Source: a virus (lineage: Duplodnaviria; Caudoviricetes). From it: DNA of 64,000 nt. Location of the stretch: IMG/VR virus record IMGVR_UViG_3300012942_000041, positions 18,480 to 82,479 of that record; one strand, 5' to 3'. A program made the position numbers and the translations under genes. A model generated the notes under the pieces. That model did no database searches. It was given only the letters and a program-made list of their open reading frames with translations, and was not told the origin of the DNA. Positions 9,789 through 17,705 of the stretch are shown in pieces. Position 1 is the stretch's first letter. Each line of letters begins with the position of its first letter.

Positions 9789-10109
9789 TTATTGGATCTT
9801 GAGTTGGCCTGCGGTGAGGACCGGCGTCTCGGGGTTGTCGGTGACCCGGACGCGGATCGTGTAGACGCCGGCGGGGAGGGTGGTGGTGCCGCCGGGGCCG
9901 ACGAGGCACTGTGCCACATAGCTGCCGTCGGGGAGCGGTTCGGTGCTGTCCCACGACCCGGGCTGCCAGTCCCCATCCGAGGGGACGCCGCCGGGGATCG
10001 TGAATGCGAACTCCACCGCGTCGCCGGTGGGGTTGTAGGGGGCTCCGGCGGTGGTCGCGGTGACGAGGACGCGGACGTACTGGCGGGACAACCCATCCTG
10101 AATGATCAC
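9789..10109 (-). CDS. Small beta-rich (Ig/BppU-like) virion protein
   Basis: VIIQDGLSRQYV...GVYTIRVRVTDNPETPV; start overlaps upstream stop. Confidence 0.6.
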   Translation of the reverse strand: MIIQDGLSRQYVRVLVTATTAGAPYNPTGDAVEFAFTIPGGVPSDGDWQPGSWDSTEPLPDGSYVAQCLVGPGGTTTLPAGVYTIRVRVTDNPETPVLTAGQLKIQ

Positions 10110-12121
10110 GCCGCCACCTCCCTCGCCACCCAACCCGAAGCACCCTCGCCCACCTGCCAGGCGCCGGCCACGGCCTGGGCCCGCCACTCGGGCGCGCCTT
10201 CCGCCGCCGACCAGCCGCCCGGAACCTCGCGCGCCGTCCAGCCGGGCGCGCCCTCCGAGGCTTCGAACTCGGGCCGCGGCGGCACGAACACGGTGACCGC
10301 GCCGTCGGCCGCCGTGCCGCCGCTCGTGGAACTGGTGCCGGTGACCGTCGCGTTCCGGCCCGCGATCACCACACCCGTGGGAGCAGCGGAGGAACCGGAG
10401 GCCGCCGGGCCCGCGAGGGTCACGCCCGCCTGAACCGCGCCAGCGCCCGCCGCACCGGGGCCTGATGCCGCGGCGCCCGGCAGGTCGAAGGCGAGCCCAA
10501 CCGCAGCCGCGTCGCCCGCGCCGCCAGCCGCGGGCCCGGAGATACTCGCGCCCGCCTGCACGGCACCCTCAGCGGCCGTCCCGGAGCCCGCAGCCGAAGG
10601 CCCGACGACACTGGCCCCGGCGGAGACCCCACCGGGAGGCGCCGCACCCGAGCCAACCGCAGCCGGCCCGGCGATGGTGCTGCCCGCCTGGACACCGCCC
10701 GAAGACGCCTGCCCCGCTCCAGCCGCGGCCGTGCCGGGCTCCTGCTCCTCCACGCCGCCGGTGCTGGCCTGACCCGTGCTGCCCGCTGCCGTTCCGGTCA
10801 GCGTGATGCTGCCGCCGCCCGCCGGGGCAGCGCCTGTGCCGGACGCTGCACCGCCCATGATGGTGGTGCCCGCACCCGAGCCGCCCGCGGGCGCCGCGCC
10901 CGCGCTAGTCGCTGCCGCGCCGCCGACGGCGACCGGGACGCTCACGGCCCCAGCCGGGACACCGCCCGCCCCAGAAGCTGTCGGGCCGGGAACGGTGGCG
11001 CCAACGCCCAGAGCGCCGCCGGGAGCCTGCCCTGTGCCCGTGGCCGAAGGCCCGGCCACGACCGCGCTCACGCCGACCGCGCCCGCGCCCGCCGAACCTG
11101 TCCCGGTCGCGGTTGCGCCGGGGACGCCGGTGTCGGCCTCCACGCCACCCGCCACGGCCGCGCCGCCGCTTGCGGCTGCGGGGCCGATGACCGTGCCGCC
11201 AGCGCTGACCGCGCCAGGGCCAGCGGCGCCGGCGCCAGGGGCGCTCGGCCCGGCCTCGGTGGCGCCCGCCTGCACGGTGCCCGCGGTGGCGTGGCCGCCA
11301 GGGGCGGCCGTGCTGCCGGGGAGTGTGATCGATGCGGAGCCCGCCGGGGCCGCGCCTCCACCGGCCGCTGACGTGCCGGAGACCGCGACCCCGAGCGTCC
11401 CAGCCGACGCCGCGCCCGCGCCAGCAGCAGACGGCCCGGCCACGGTCGCGCCGGACGACACCGAACCCGCCGCCGCGATGCCCGGAGCAGTGCCCGGCGC
11501 GCCGCTGACGGTGGCGCCCGCGCTCACGGTGCCGGCGCCCCCGATCCCGGCACCGGTCGCGGACGAGCCCGCGATGGTGACGGGCGACGCGACGCTTACC
11601 GTCCCGGCCGGGGCCTGGCCGCTGCCCCCCGCGCTCGCGCCGGTGATGGTGGTGCCGGGCGGCCCGAAGTACATCTCGTCGCAGTACGCGACCGGCCCGG
11701 ACGCGGCGGTGGGGAACAGGATGATCGGGACGGCTTTGTTGCTGCCAGTGGCGGCCGGGGCGGTGAGGACGATGTGCGTCCACGTGTTCGCCGTCAACGC
11801 GACCGACGTTGAGAGCGTGCTGTAGTTGACGTACGTGCTGCCGTTGTACCAGTCGATCTCAGCGTTCGCGGTCTGGCCCGAGCTGGTGGTGTAGATCCAG
11901 TACGAGAACGTGTAGCTGACGCCGGCGGTGACGGACACCATCGGCGACTCGTAGATCGCTGAGGCGCTCGCGCCGGTCGCGGTGAGTTGCAGGCTGTGGG
12001 TGCCGTCGAGGGCGACGGTGGTGGACTGCGCGATCGTGGTGTGGGTGCCCGGGCCCCAGTCCGCGATGCTGGTCTCGACCGACTCCGCGTTGACGGACAG
12101 GAGGTTGCCGGGGATCGCCAC
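10106..12121 (-). CDS. Putative fibre: N-terminal carbohydrate-binding-like domain plus about 21 Gly/Ala-rich repeats
   Basis: NLL...E...W...DGTHSL...YCD CBM-like head; 20-24 aa repeats TxxGxxAxGxGxAxxGxV; WxAxE repeats at C-terminus. Confidence 0.7.
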   Translation of the reverse strand: MAIPGNLLSVNAESVETSIADWGPGTHTTIAQSTTVALDGTHSLQLTATGASASAIYESPMVSVTAGVSYTFSYWIYTTSSGQTANAEIDWYNGSTYVNYSTLSTSVALTANTWTHIVLTAPAATGSNKAVPIILFPTAASGPVAYCDEMYFGPPGTTITGASAGGSGQAPAGTVSVASPVTIAGSSATGAGIGGAGTVSAGATVSGAPGTAPGIAAAGSVSSGATVAGPSAAGAGAASAGTLGVAVSGTSAAGGGAAPAGSASITLPGSTAAPGGHATAGTVQAGATEAGPSAPGAGAAGPGAVSAGGTVIGPAAASGGAAVAGGVEADTGVPGATATGTGSAGAGAVGVSAVVAGPSATGTGQAPGGALGVGATVPGPTASGAGGVPAGAVSVPVAVGGAAATSAGAAPAGGSGAGTTIMGGAASGTGAAPAGGGSITLTGTAAGSTGQASTGGVEEQEPGTAAAGAGQASSGGVQAGSTIAGPAAVGSGAAPPGGVSAGASVVGPSAAGSGTAAEGAVQAGASISGPAAGGAGDAAAVGLAFDLPGAAASGPGAAGAGAVQAGVTLAGPAASGSSAAPTGVVIAGRNATVTGTSSTSGGTAADGAVTVFVPPRPEFEASEGAPGWTAREVPGGWSAAEGAPEWRAQAVAGAWQVGEGASGWVAREVAA

Positions 12122-12144
12122 AGCTCAGCCCTCGCCCCGGTGGG

Positions 12145-12642
12145 TCAGCTCGCGGAGTACTGCACCAGGGTCTGCGCCACCGAGTTCGTGGTCGGGAGCT
12201 GCAGCGTGAACGTGGCAGCCGTCACGGTGGAGGCGCCGCCGAAGTCCCAGTAGGCGATGACCTGGTTGGTGGTGTCGGTGCCGCCGATGGTGTTGTCGAA
12301 GAAGAGCGCGTAGGACGCGGTGAAGCTCGCCGACGTCCACGCCGGGTTCGTCGACACGGTGATGCTGGTGTAGCCGACGCTGCCCGAGACCGTGCTGGAG
12401 ACACCGACGGTGGCGAGGGTCTTCCGGCTGTAGCCGGTGCTGGTGGTGGATACCTCGGTGAGGGCGCCGCCGCCGGACCCGGCAAGGAAGTCGCTGACGG
12501 TCACCGCCGCCTCGGAAGTGCCGTTCCATGTGTAGGTGCCGGCACCGACCAGCAGCACCTGGAGGGTGTCGGTGGTGACGTTGGCCTGCTTCTTGAGGCA
12601 GGCCGCCGTCCATGACGGGAAGAGGTGCGCGGTGACGGCCAT
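12145..12642 (-). CDS. Thr/Ser-rich virion structural protein
   Basis: 165 aa, beta-rich, GGAG RBS, co-oriented with fibre gene. Confidence 0.65.
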   Translation of the reverse strand: MAVTAHLFPSWTAACLKKQANVTTDTLQVLLVGAGTYTWNGTSEAAVTVSDFLAGSGGGALTEVSTTSTGYSRKTLATVGVSSTVSGSVGYTSITVSTNPAWTSASFTASYALFFDNTIGGTDTTNQVIAYWDFGGASTVTAATFTLQLPTTNSVAQTLVQYSAS

Positions 12643-12669
12643 GTCGACTCCAGACAGGGGCGGTTCGGG

Positions 12670-13059
12670 TCAGGCGGTGGGGTGCGCCGACGGCGTCGCG
12701 GCGGGGCCGTGGATGGTGACGTGGCCCTCCTCCGGGTGCACGGCGACGTGCCCGTGCCGCGCCGTCTTGGCGGGGGCCGGCGCGGCGGCCTGCTGGAGGG
12801 CGGCGATCGCGGCCTTCAGGTCGGCGATCTCGGTCTTGATGTCGGCGACGGCGGTCTCGATGAGTGCCTTGGCGTCGTCCTCGGCCTGCGCGAAGAGCTG
12901 CTTGCCGTCGGCGGCGACGTCGGCGCGGACCTTGTCGAGGAGCGGCGCGACGCGCTCGGTGAGGTCGTTGAGGGCCTGCTGCACGAACTGCTGCACGTCC
13001 TCCGCGCCGACGCCGAGGAACTTCGCGACGGCGTCGTGGAACTTCGTGAAGATGGACAC
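12670..13059 (-). CDS. Helical hypothetical protein
   Basis: GTG start after GGAGG; amphipathic helices. Confidence 0.6.
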   Translation of the reverse strand: MSIFTKFHDAVAKFLGVGAEDVQQFVQQALNDLTERVAPLLDKVRADVAADGKQLFAQAEDDAKALIETAVADIKTEIADLKAAIAALQQAAAPAPAKTARHGHVAVHPEEGHVTIHGPAATPSAHPTA

Positions 13060-13094
13060 GGGTGCCTCCATAGCGGGGTGAGGGTGAAGAGCGG

Positions 13095-13247
13095 TTAGTG
13101 CTGCGCGAGCTGAACGACGGTCGGGAGGATCGCGGCGGCGAGCCCGAGCGGCACCAGCACACCGGCGTAGGCCCGGGCCGGCGGCACCGCGGCGATCAGC
13201 CACAGCACGAATGCGGCGACGGCGCAGACGAGTTCGAGAGCGTGCAC
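13095..13247 (-). CDS. 50-aa two-TM membrane protein (not in ORF track)
   Basis: MHALELVCAVAAFVLWLIAAVPPARAYAGVLVPLGLAAAILPTVVQLAQH; AGGAGG RBS. Confidence 0.65.
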   Translation of the reverse strand: MHALELVCAVAAFVLWLIAAVPPARAYAGVLVPLGLAAAILPTVVQLAQH

Positions 13248-13257
13248 GACCGGCCTC

Positions 13258-13581
13258 CTACTGGGTGCGGCTGAGGTGGAGCATCCGGGCCAGGGATCGG
13301 GCGATCGCGGCCGGCTCGACGCTGGGGTGGTGGTGGTGCTCGACCCGGACCACCGCCTCGTCGTCGCCGGTGGGGACGTGGGCCTGGACGAACGCGGCGA
13401 CGTCAGCGTCCACGTCGACCAGGGCGCCGGGGAACGTCAGCCGGACCTGGGATTCGCCGTTGGCGTCGAGGACCAGCTCGACCCGCTGGCAGTTCAGGAC
13501 GGGTTCGCCGTCGACCTCGATGGCGGTCTGCCGAGGGTCGCCGTTGCGGGTGGTCAGCTTGAGTCGGTGACGCTCAGGCAC
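13258..13581 (-). CDS. Hypothetical protein
   Basis: 107 aa, GGGAG RBS. Confidence 0.55.
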   Translation of the reverse strand: MPERHRLKLTTRNGDPRQTAIEVDGEPVLNCQRVELVLDANGESQVRLTFPGALVDVDADVAAFVQAHVPTGDDEAVVRVEHHHHPSVEPAAIARSLARMLHLSRTQ

Positions 13582-13606
13582 GGCGGGGCTCCCGGGAGGG
13601 TGGGGT

Positions 13607-13648
13607 GTGCGCGGCCCCGGTCAGCTCCCACTCCCGGGGGCCGCGCAC
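13607..13648 (-). terminator. Stem-loop
   Basis: GTGCGCGGCCCC...GGGGCCGCGCAC. Confidence 0.5.
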
Positions 13649-13650
13649 GT

Positions 13651-13854
13651 CTAGTCGGGCAGGAACTCGGCGGTCTGCCCGTAGCGGGCGCGGCAGGGTT
13701 CGTCGTCGTGCCACCAGCGGCGCTCACCCAGCCATGCGGGGCCGCCGCAGCGGGAGCACGTGCCGGGGATCGGCGTGAAGTCGACCGGGGTGAGGAACGG
13801 GGCGGACAGCGCCCGGCCGACGCTGTCGGGCGTCGGCTGGTCGTAGCCGCTCAC
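13651..13854 (-). CDS. Small CxxC hypothetical protein
   Basis: VSGYDQP...CSRCGG; coupled to upstream ORF. Confidence 0.5.
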   Translation of the reverse strand: MSGYDQPTPDSVGRALSAPFLTPVDFTPIPGTCSRCGGPAWLGERRWWHDDEPCRARYGQTAEFLPD

Positions 13855-14111
13855 TCGGTCTCGGCCAGGATGAGCGCGGCCCAGTCGGGGAGCGGCTCGT
13901 CCCGAGACCACCCGAGATGCTCGCTCAGGAGTCCCCGGCCCGAAGGCGCCCCGCCGCCAGCAGGGTTGAGGGGGAGCCGGATCGGTTCCCCGCAGTCCGG
14001 GCAGTCCAGCTCCAGCGATGCAACAGCCACAGGAACCGGGTAGTTGATGGGCTCGCGGCCCGGCACCAACGGGGGAAGGCCGGGCCGCGAGCTGGCCGTC
14101 CCGCTCGCCAC
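13851..14111 (-). CDS. Small CxxC hypothetical protein
   Basis: CPDCG motif; operon context. Confidence 0.45.
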   Translation of the reverse strand: MASGTASSRPGLPPLVPGREPINYPVPVAVASLELDCPDCGEPIRLPLNPAGGGAPSGRGLLSEHLGWSRDEPLPDWAALILAETE

Positions 14112-14192
14112 AGGCCACCCTCAGGGCCAGCACGGGACAGCAATCCCCGCCCAAGGCGCTGCCAAGCGCAGGCGGGGAGAACACGGGGAGGG

Positions 14193-14405
14193 TCAGGCTG
14201 CTCGAACGCCCTCGGGCAGCGGGGGAGCCGCACCCGGGCCGGCGTCGGTCGCCGGGGGCATCTCACGCAGGTCATAGCGGGCACGTTTGCCCTCGCCGAA
14301 CCGGTGGACGCGGCCCTCCGAGGCCCACCGCCAGATCGTCCCCACCGGCCTGCCGGTCCACAGCGCGGCCTCAGCGGCGGTCACGAGCACGGGGTCCACG
14401 AGCAC
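14193..14405 (-). CDS. Small MerR/Xis-type HTH DNA-binding protein
   Basis: VTAAEAA..TGRPVGTIWRWASEGR...YDL. Confidence 0.7.
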   Translation of the reverse strand: MLVDPVLVTAAEAALWTGRPVGTIWRWASEGRVHRFGEGKRARYDLREMPPATDAGPGAAPPLPEGVRAA

Positions 14406-14417
14406 CCCCCTACAACG

Positions 14418-14452
14418 CGAGAAGGGCCACCCCGGCGGGGCGGCCCTTCTCG
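14418..14452 (-). terminator. Strong stem-loop just downstream of putative late promoter
   Basis: CGAGAAGGGCCACCCC-GGC-GGGGCGGCCCTTCTCG. Confidence 0.75.
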
Positions 14453-14473
14453 ACTCTACGTCCAGTTGATCAC

Positions 14474-14503
14474 AGGTTGGCTTCGGTGCACGTCGTTTGT
14501 CAA
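14474..14503 (-). promoter_or_regulatory. Putative late promoter
   Basis: TTGACA-N18-CAACCT on minus strand. Confidence 0.6.
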
Positions 14504-14522
14504 GCCCGTGCCTGAAACAGCC

Positions 14523-15212
14523 TCAAGCGACCGCTGTGACAGGCGAGGAAAGACCCCGCATTGCCGCCCCCAGCGCCAGCCACTGATCCCGATCCCACCG
14601 TGTCCCACACCCCGGGCACTGGATCCGCAGTGCGAACGGCGACACCCGCAAACGCTCCCCACACGCCACCCCCGCCTGCGACATCACCGGGCAGGTGCCG
14701 ATGGGGACCTGGGGGTCCTTCGCGCCGTTGATGACCGTGTCGACCTGGAGGTGCAGCCGCCGCACCGCCGCCAGATCATCAGCGACGTCCGCGTAGCCGG
14801 AGCACGCCCACCCGAGCGTGTTCAGCAGGAAACGGTGCACGTGCGGCAACGTCTGCGCGGCACTGCCCCGCCACGGCTGCACCGTCCACCCCAGCGCCCG
14901 CCGCCAGTCGTCCTCCACCGTCTGCAACTGCGCCACCATGCCCCCGGGCCCGATCAGGTTCAGCGGCCCCAGCACGACCGGCAGCGGTGCGGAGCGGGTT
15001 GCTCCCGTGACGCGCCCGGTCTGGTCGCCGCGGCCGGCGCCGGGGAGGAGCTTCGCGGGGAGTTGGGCATGCCACTTGAGGAGTTGGTCGAGCTGCTCGC
15101 GGGCGCGGTCTTCGCAGACCCGGCACACGACGCGGTCGAGTTCGTCGTGGTGCAACAGGCGGGGGCAGTGGGCGCAGCGAAGCTCTGGGCTCTGGTCGTC
15201 GTCGGAGTACAA
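14523..15212 (-). CDS. Zn-ribbon protein, candidate late regulator
   Basis: CAHC..CRVC N-terminal, GTCP...CG.RL...CPGCG..W C-terminal; immediately upstream of promoter/terminator. Confidence 0.65.
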   Translation of the reverse strand: MYSDDDQSPELRCAHCPRLLHHDELDRVVCRVCEDRAREQLDQLLKWHAQLPAKLLPGAGRGDQTGRVTGATRSAPLPVVLGPLNLIGPGGMVAQLQTVEDDWRRALGWTVQPWRGSAAQTLPHVHRFLLNTLGWACSGYADVADDLAAVRRLHLQVDTVINGAKDPQVPIGTCPVMSQAGVACGERLRVSPFALRIQCPGCGTRWDRDQWLALGAAMRGLSSPVTAVA

Positions 15213-15266
15213 CAGGCCTCCCGTGGGTGCAGCGAGGGGTGTCGCCGCCAGTGTGACAGCCGGAGA

Positions 15267-15461
15267 CTACGCAGGGTTGCTGTCCCCGGTGTGCGGCCCG
15301 AGTTGCTCCCACAGCGTCTCGGCCTCGGCGTGGCTGATCGGCCGGTACGGGTAGCCGTTGACGGTGTCGACCAGCGACATCATGTTCCAGTCGTACCGGA
15401 ACAACTCCACGGCGTCCCACCGCTCGCGGGCGGTGATCTCGGGCACGCGGACCTTCGGCAT
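15267..15461 (-). CDS. Hypothetical protein
   Basis: MPKVRVPEIT... 64 aa. Confidence 0.45.
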   Translation of the reverse strand: MPKVRVPEITARERWDAVELFRYDWNMMSLVDTVNGYPYRPISHAEAETLWEQLGPHTGDSNPA

Positions 15462-15627
15462 GCCGCCATGATGCCCGTCGCTCCTGCGCGACGTCACCAG
15501 GACCCGGACATGGCGGTGGCCCCGCTGCCGTCGGGGGGTCGGCAGCGGGGCCACAGCGGAGGATCCTGACTCCACCCTCAGTGTGCGGCACACCGCGAGC
15601 AGAGCGCAGCCGATCCCGGTGAACCGG

Positions 15628-16227
15628 TCACTGCCACGGTGGCCGGCCGCCTCGGGCCCACTCCGCCAACTCGCGTTCGCCGTACAGGCGGATCCCGGCC
15701 TGGGCGGCGTAGGAGCGGGCCGCCGGGGTGTAGCCGGAGGTGGTGACGACGGCGGCGAGGTCGGCGCGATGGACGACCGCATAGGTCCCGCCGACCTTCT
15801 GCACGTCCGGGCTGCCGACGCGGTTGGTCGCTGCGTACCGCTTCGCCTGGATGACGATGCGCCGCCCGTCGGGGGTGGTGGCGATGACGTCCGCGCCCAA
15901 GTCCCCGGCACCGCCCACGACCCGAACGCCGGTGCAGCCGTCCCGCCGGCACAGCTCAGCGAGCGCCCGCTCGAACTCCGTAGGGGTCATGTGCCGATAG
16001 GCCGACACCTGCTGCGCACGCACCCGCCACGCCGCCTGTCGCTCCCGCGCCTTCCGGTCCTTCGCGACCAGCCGCGCCATACCGAGACCGCCGGCCAGCA
16101 GCACGATCCATATCGTCAGGCCGATGTGACGGGCCGCCTCCTGCAGCACCCCGATGATGATCGCAAGGACGAACATCAACCCGCCGATGAACTGCGGGCC
16201 CGTGGTCTTCCTACGACGACGCGCCAT
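15628..16227 (-). CDS. Membrane-anchored Mrr-like restriction endonuclease domain protein
   Basis: Two N-terminal TM segments; EFE...GGAGDLGADV...IQAKRY...VTTSGYT Mrr_cat motifs. Confidence 0.85.
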   Translation of the reverse strand: MARRRRKTTGPQFIGGLMFVLAIIIGVLQEAARHIGLTIWIVLLAGGLGMARLVAKDRKARERQAAWRVRAQQVSAYRHMTPTEFERALAELCRRDGCTGVRVVGGAGDLGADVIATTPDGRRIVIQAKRYAATNRVGSPDVQKVGGTYAVVHRADLAAVVTTSGYTPAARSYAAQAGIRLYGERELAEWARGGRPPWQ

Positions 16228-16331
16228 GTCTTCCCCCCGTGTACGAAGTGGCCGCCGCAATCCTCGTCTGCGACGGCCACATATGGTGATCGAGTTGTGA
16301 AACCGTGACCACAAGCCAGTTACCTCGCCCG

Positions 16332-16772
16332 CTACCTGCCGATGTGGAGGTTCGCGCCGTCGCCCTGCCGGACGTCCACGCGCACCTCGGAATCCAGCTT
16401 CGCGACATACAACGCCCCAGCCGCGCACACCACCATCGCGGCGATCGCAACCAGCGCGTGCCCCGCCAACGACATGCCCTTGAACATCCAGTACGAGCCC
16501 AGCTCGGCCACGCCCACACCCACCCCGGTCCCGAACGCGGCGACACCGAAGCCGAGCATCCGCTGCGGCCACGGATCCACCGCCTGAGGCTGAGCCGCGA
16601 GGACCACGGCATACGAAGCACGGCCCTGCTCGTCGTGAACCACCGTCAACGGCCGATCCGGCACTGCGATCGGCGCGGGCGCCAGCCGGTACGGCACGAT
16701 CTCGCCCCCGCGGGCCGCGGGCGTGAAGTCGGGGTAGGCGGTGATGTCGAAGACCTCGTCCCGGCCGCTCAT
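16332..16772 (-). CDS. Two-TM membrane protein (Spd-like, transfer module)
   Basis: Hydrophobic segments after DPWPQRM; downstream of traB-like gene. Confidence 0.6.
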   Translation of the reverse strand: MSGRDEVFDITAYPDFTPAARGGEIVPYRLAPAPIAVPDRPLTVVHDEQGRASYAVVLAAQPQAVDPWPQRMLGFGVAAFGTGVGVGVAELGSYWMFKGMSLAGHALVAIAAMVVCAAGALYVAKLDSEVRVDVRQGDGANLHIGR

Positions 16773-16978
16773 CGCCCGCCCGCCTTGGTCTCCAGGGTGA
16801 ACGAGTCGATCGGCCCGATCAGAGAGCTGTAGGCGGTCCTCCCGCACCTTGCGCAGTCTCCCCATGTCTCCATCTCCATCATTCCCTCGTTCTTGCGTCC
16901 CTTGAGCTGGGTGAAGTCGTTGGTGATGCTGACAAAGCCGTCTTCGCACCCGTTGCGGCACACCAGGGTGGGCTGCAT
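16769..16978 (-). CDS. Small Zn-finger protein
   Basis: CRNGC...CARC. Confidence 0.55.
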   Translation of the reverse strand: MQPTLVCRNGCEDGFVSITNDFTQLKGRKNEGMMEMETWGDCARCGRTAYSSLIGPIDSFTLETKAGGR

Positions 16979-17556
16979 CAGCTCCTCCCGGGCTTCGTCC
17001 TGGGCTTGGCGGCCGGGGCGGTGATCTTCGTGAGGTCCGTGCCTTCCGGCAGCTGCGCGAACCACGCGCCACCCACGGACACGCCGGCGTGCCGCTTGCG
17101 TTCGTGGGCGCGCAGGGCGCTGGTCGCGGTCTTCGCGTCGCGGTAGCGCGGCTTCTCCTTCGCGCCGCACGGGCAACGCCACCCGATCAACCCGGAGTCC
17201 TTGTCGACACCGAACCTGGCCTGCGCGTGAATCCGGGCCCGGTTCACCGTCATGGTGGTGGGCTTGGCCGGGCACGGCCGGGAGCCGGAGAAAGTGCCGT
17301 CCTTGGCCTTGGTGAACACGGTGCCCGTGCCGTGGCACTTGGGGCACCCCTGGTGGGTCGCGCGAAGGATCGCCGCGTCCTTGCGGGTGCGGACACGCTC
17401 GGCGCGACGCCGGGCCATGCGAGCGATCCACCGCCCGAGCCACGCACCCAGCGCACCGTCCCACGACCGCCGGGCCGAGGGCCGGCGGACGGTGGAAGTG
17501 CGGCGTGCAGGCGGCTTGCGCCGGGCGGGCGGGCGCTTCGCGGTCTTCGCGGCCAC
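16978..17556 (-). CDS. Basic Zn-finger protein of transfer module
   Basis: CPKCHGTG...CP...CPCG...H...H; AAGGAG RBS. Confidence 0.65.
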   Translation of the reverse strand: MAAKTAKRPPARRKPPARRTSTVRRPSARRSWDGALGAWLGRWIARMARRRAERVRTRKDAAILRATHQGCPKCHGTGTVFTKAKDGTFSGSRPCPAKPTTMTVNRARIHAQARFGVDKDSGLIGWRCPCGAKEKPRYRDAKTATSALRAHERKRHAGVSVGGAWFAQLPEGTDLTKITAPAAKPRTKPGRS

Positions 17557-17559
17557 GAT

Positions 17560-17705
17560 CGTCTCCTTGTCCGTTTCGTGTCGTCTTGCCGATCGTCTTC
17601 GGGGCGTCTCACCCCCGTCTTCGGCCCGTCTGACCTGCGCGCCCCGGCCAGTGATAGCCGGGGGCGCAGACGATCACCAGACGGGCCCCAGGCGGGGTCA
17701 AGACG
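17560..17705. repeat. clt-like locus: about 11-bp-phased CGTCT repeats mirrored about a central hairpin
   Basis: CGTCT at 17560, (17572 CGTTT), 17582, 17594, 17605, 17616, 17627; AGACG at 17668, 17679, (17690 AGGCG), 17701; hairpin 17635-17669. Confidence 0.75.

Noticed and set aside
10106-12121. PE-PGRS or collagen-like protein
   Set aside because: No PE domain and no Gly-X-Y triplet periodicity; the repeat unit is about 22 aa.
13095-13247. Holin
   Set aside because: Size and TM content fit, but no endolysin is nearby, so it is kept as a generic membrane protein.
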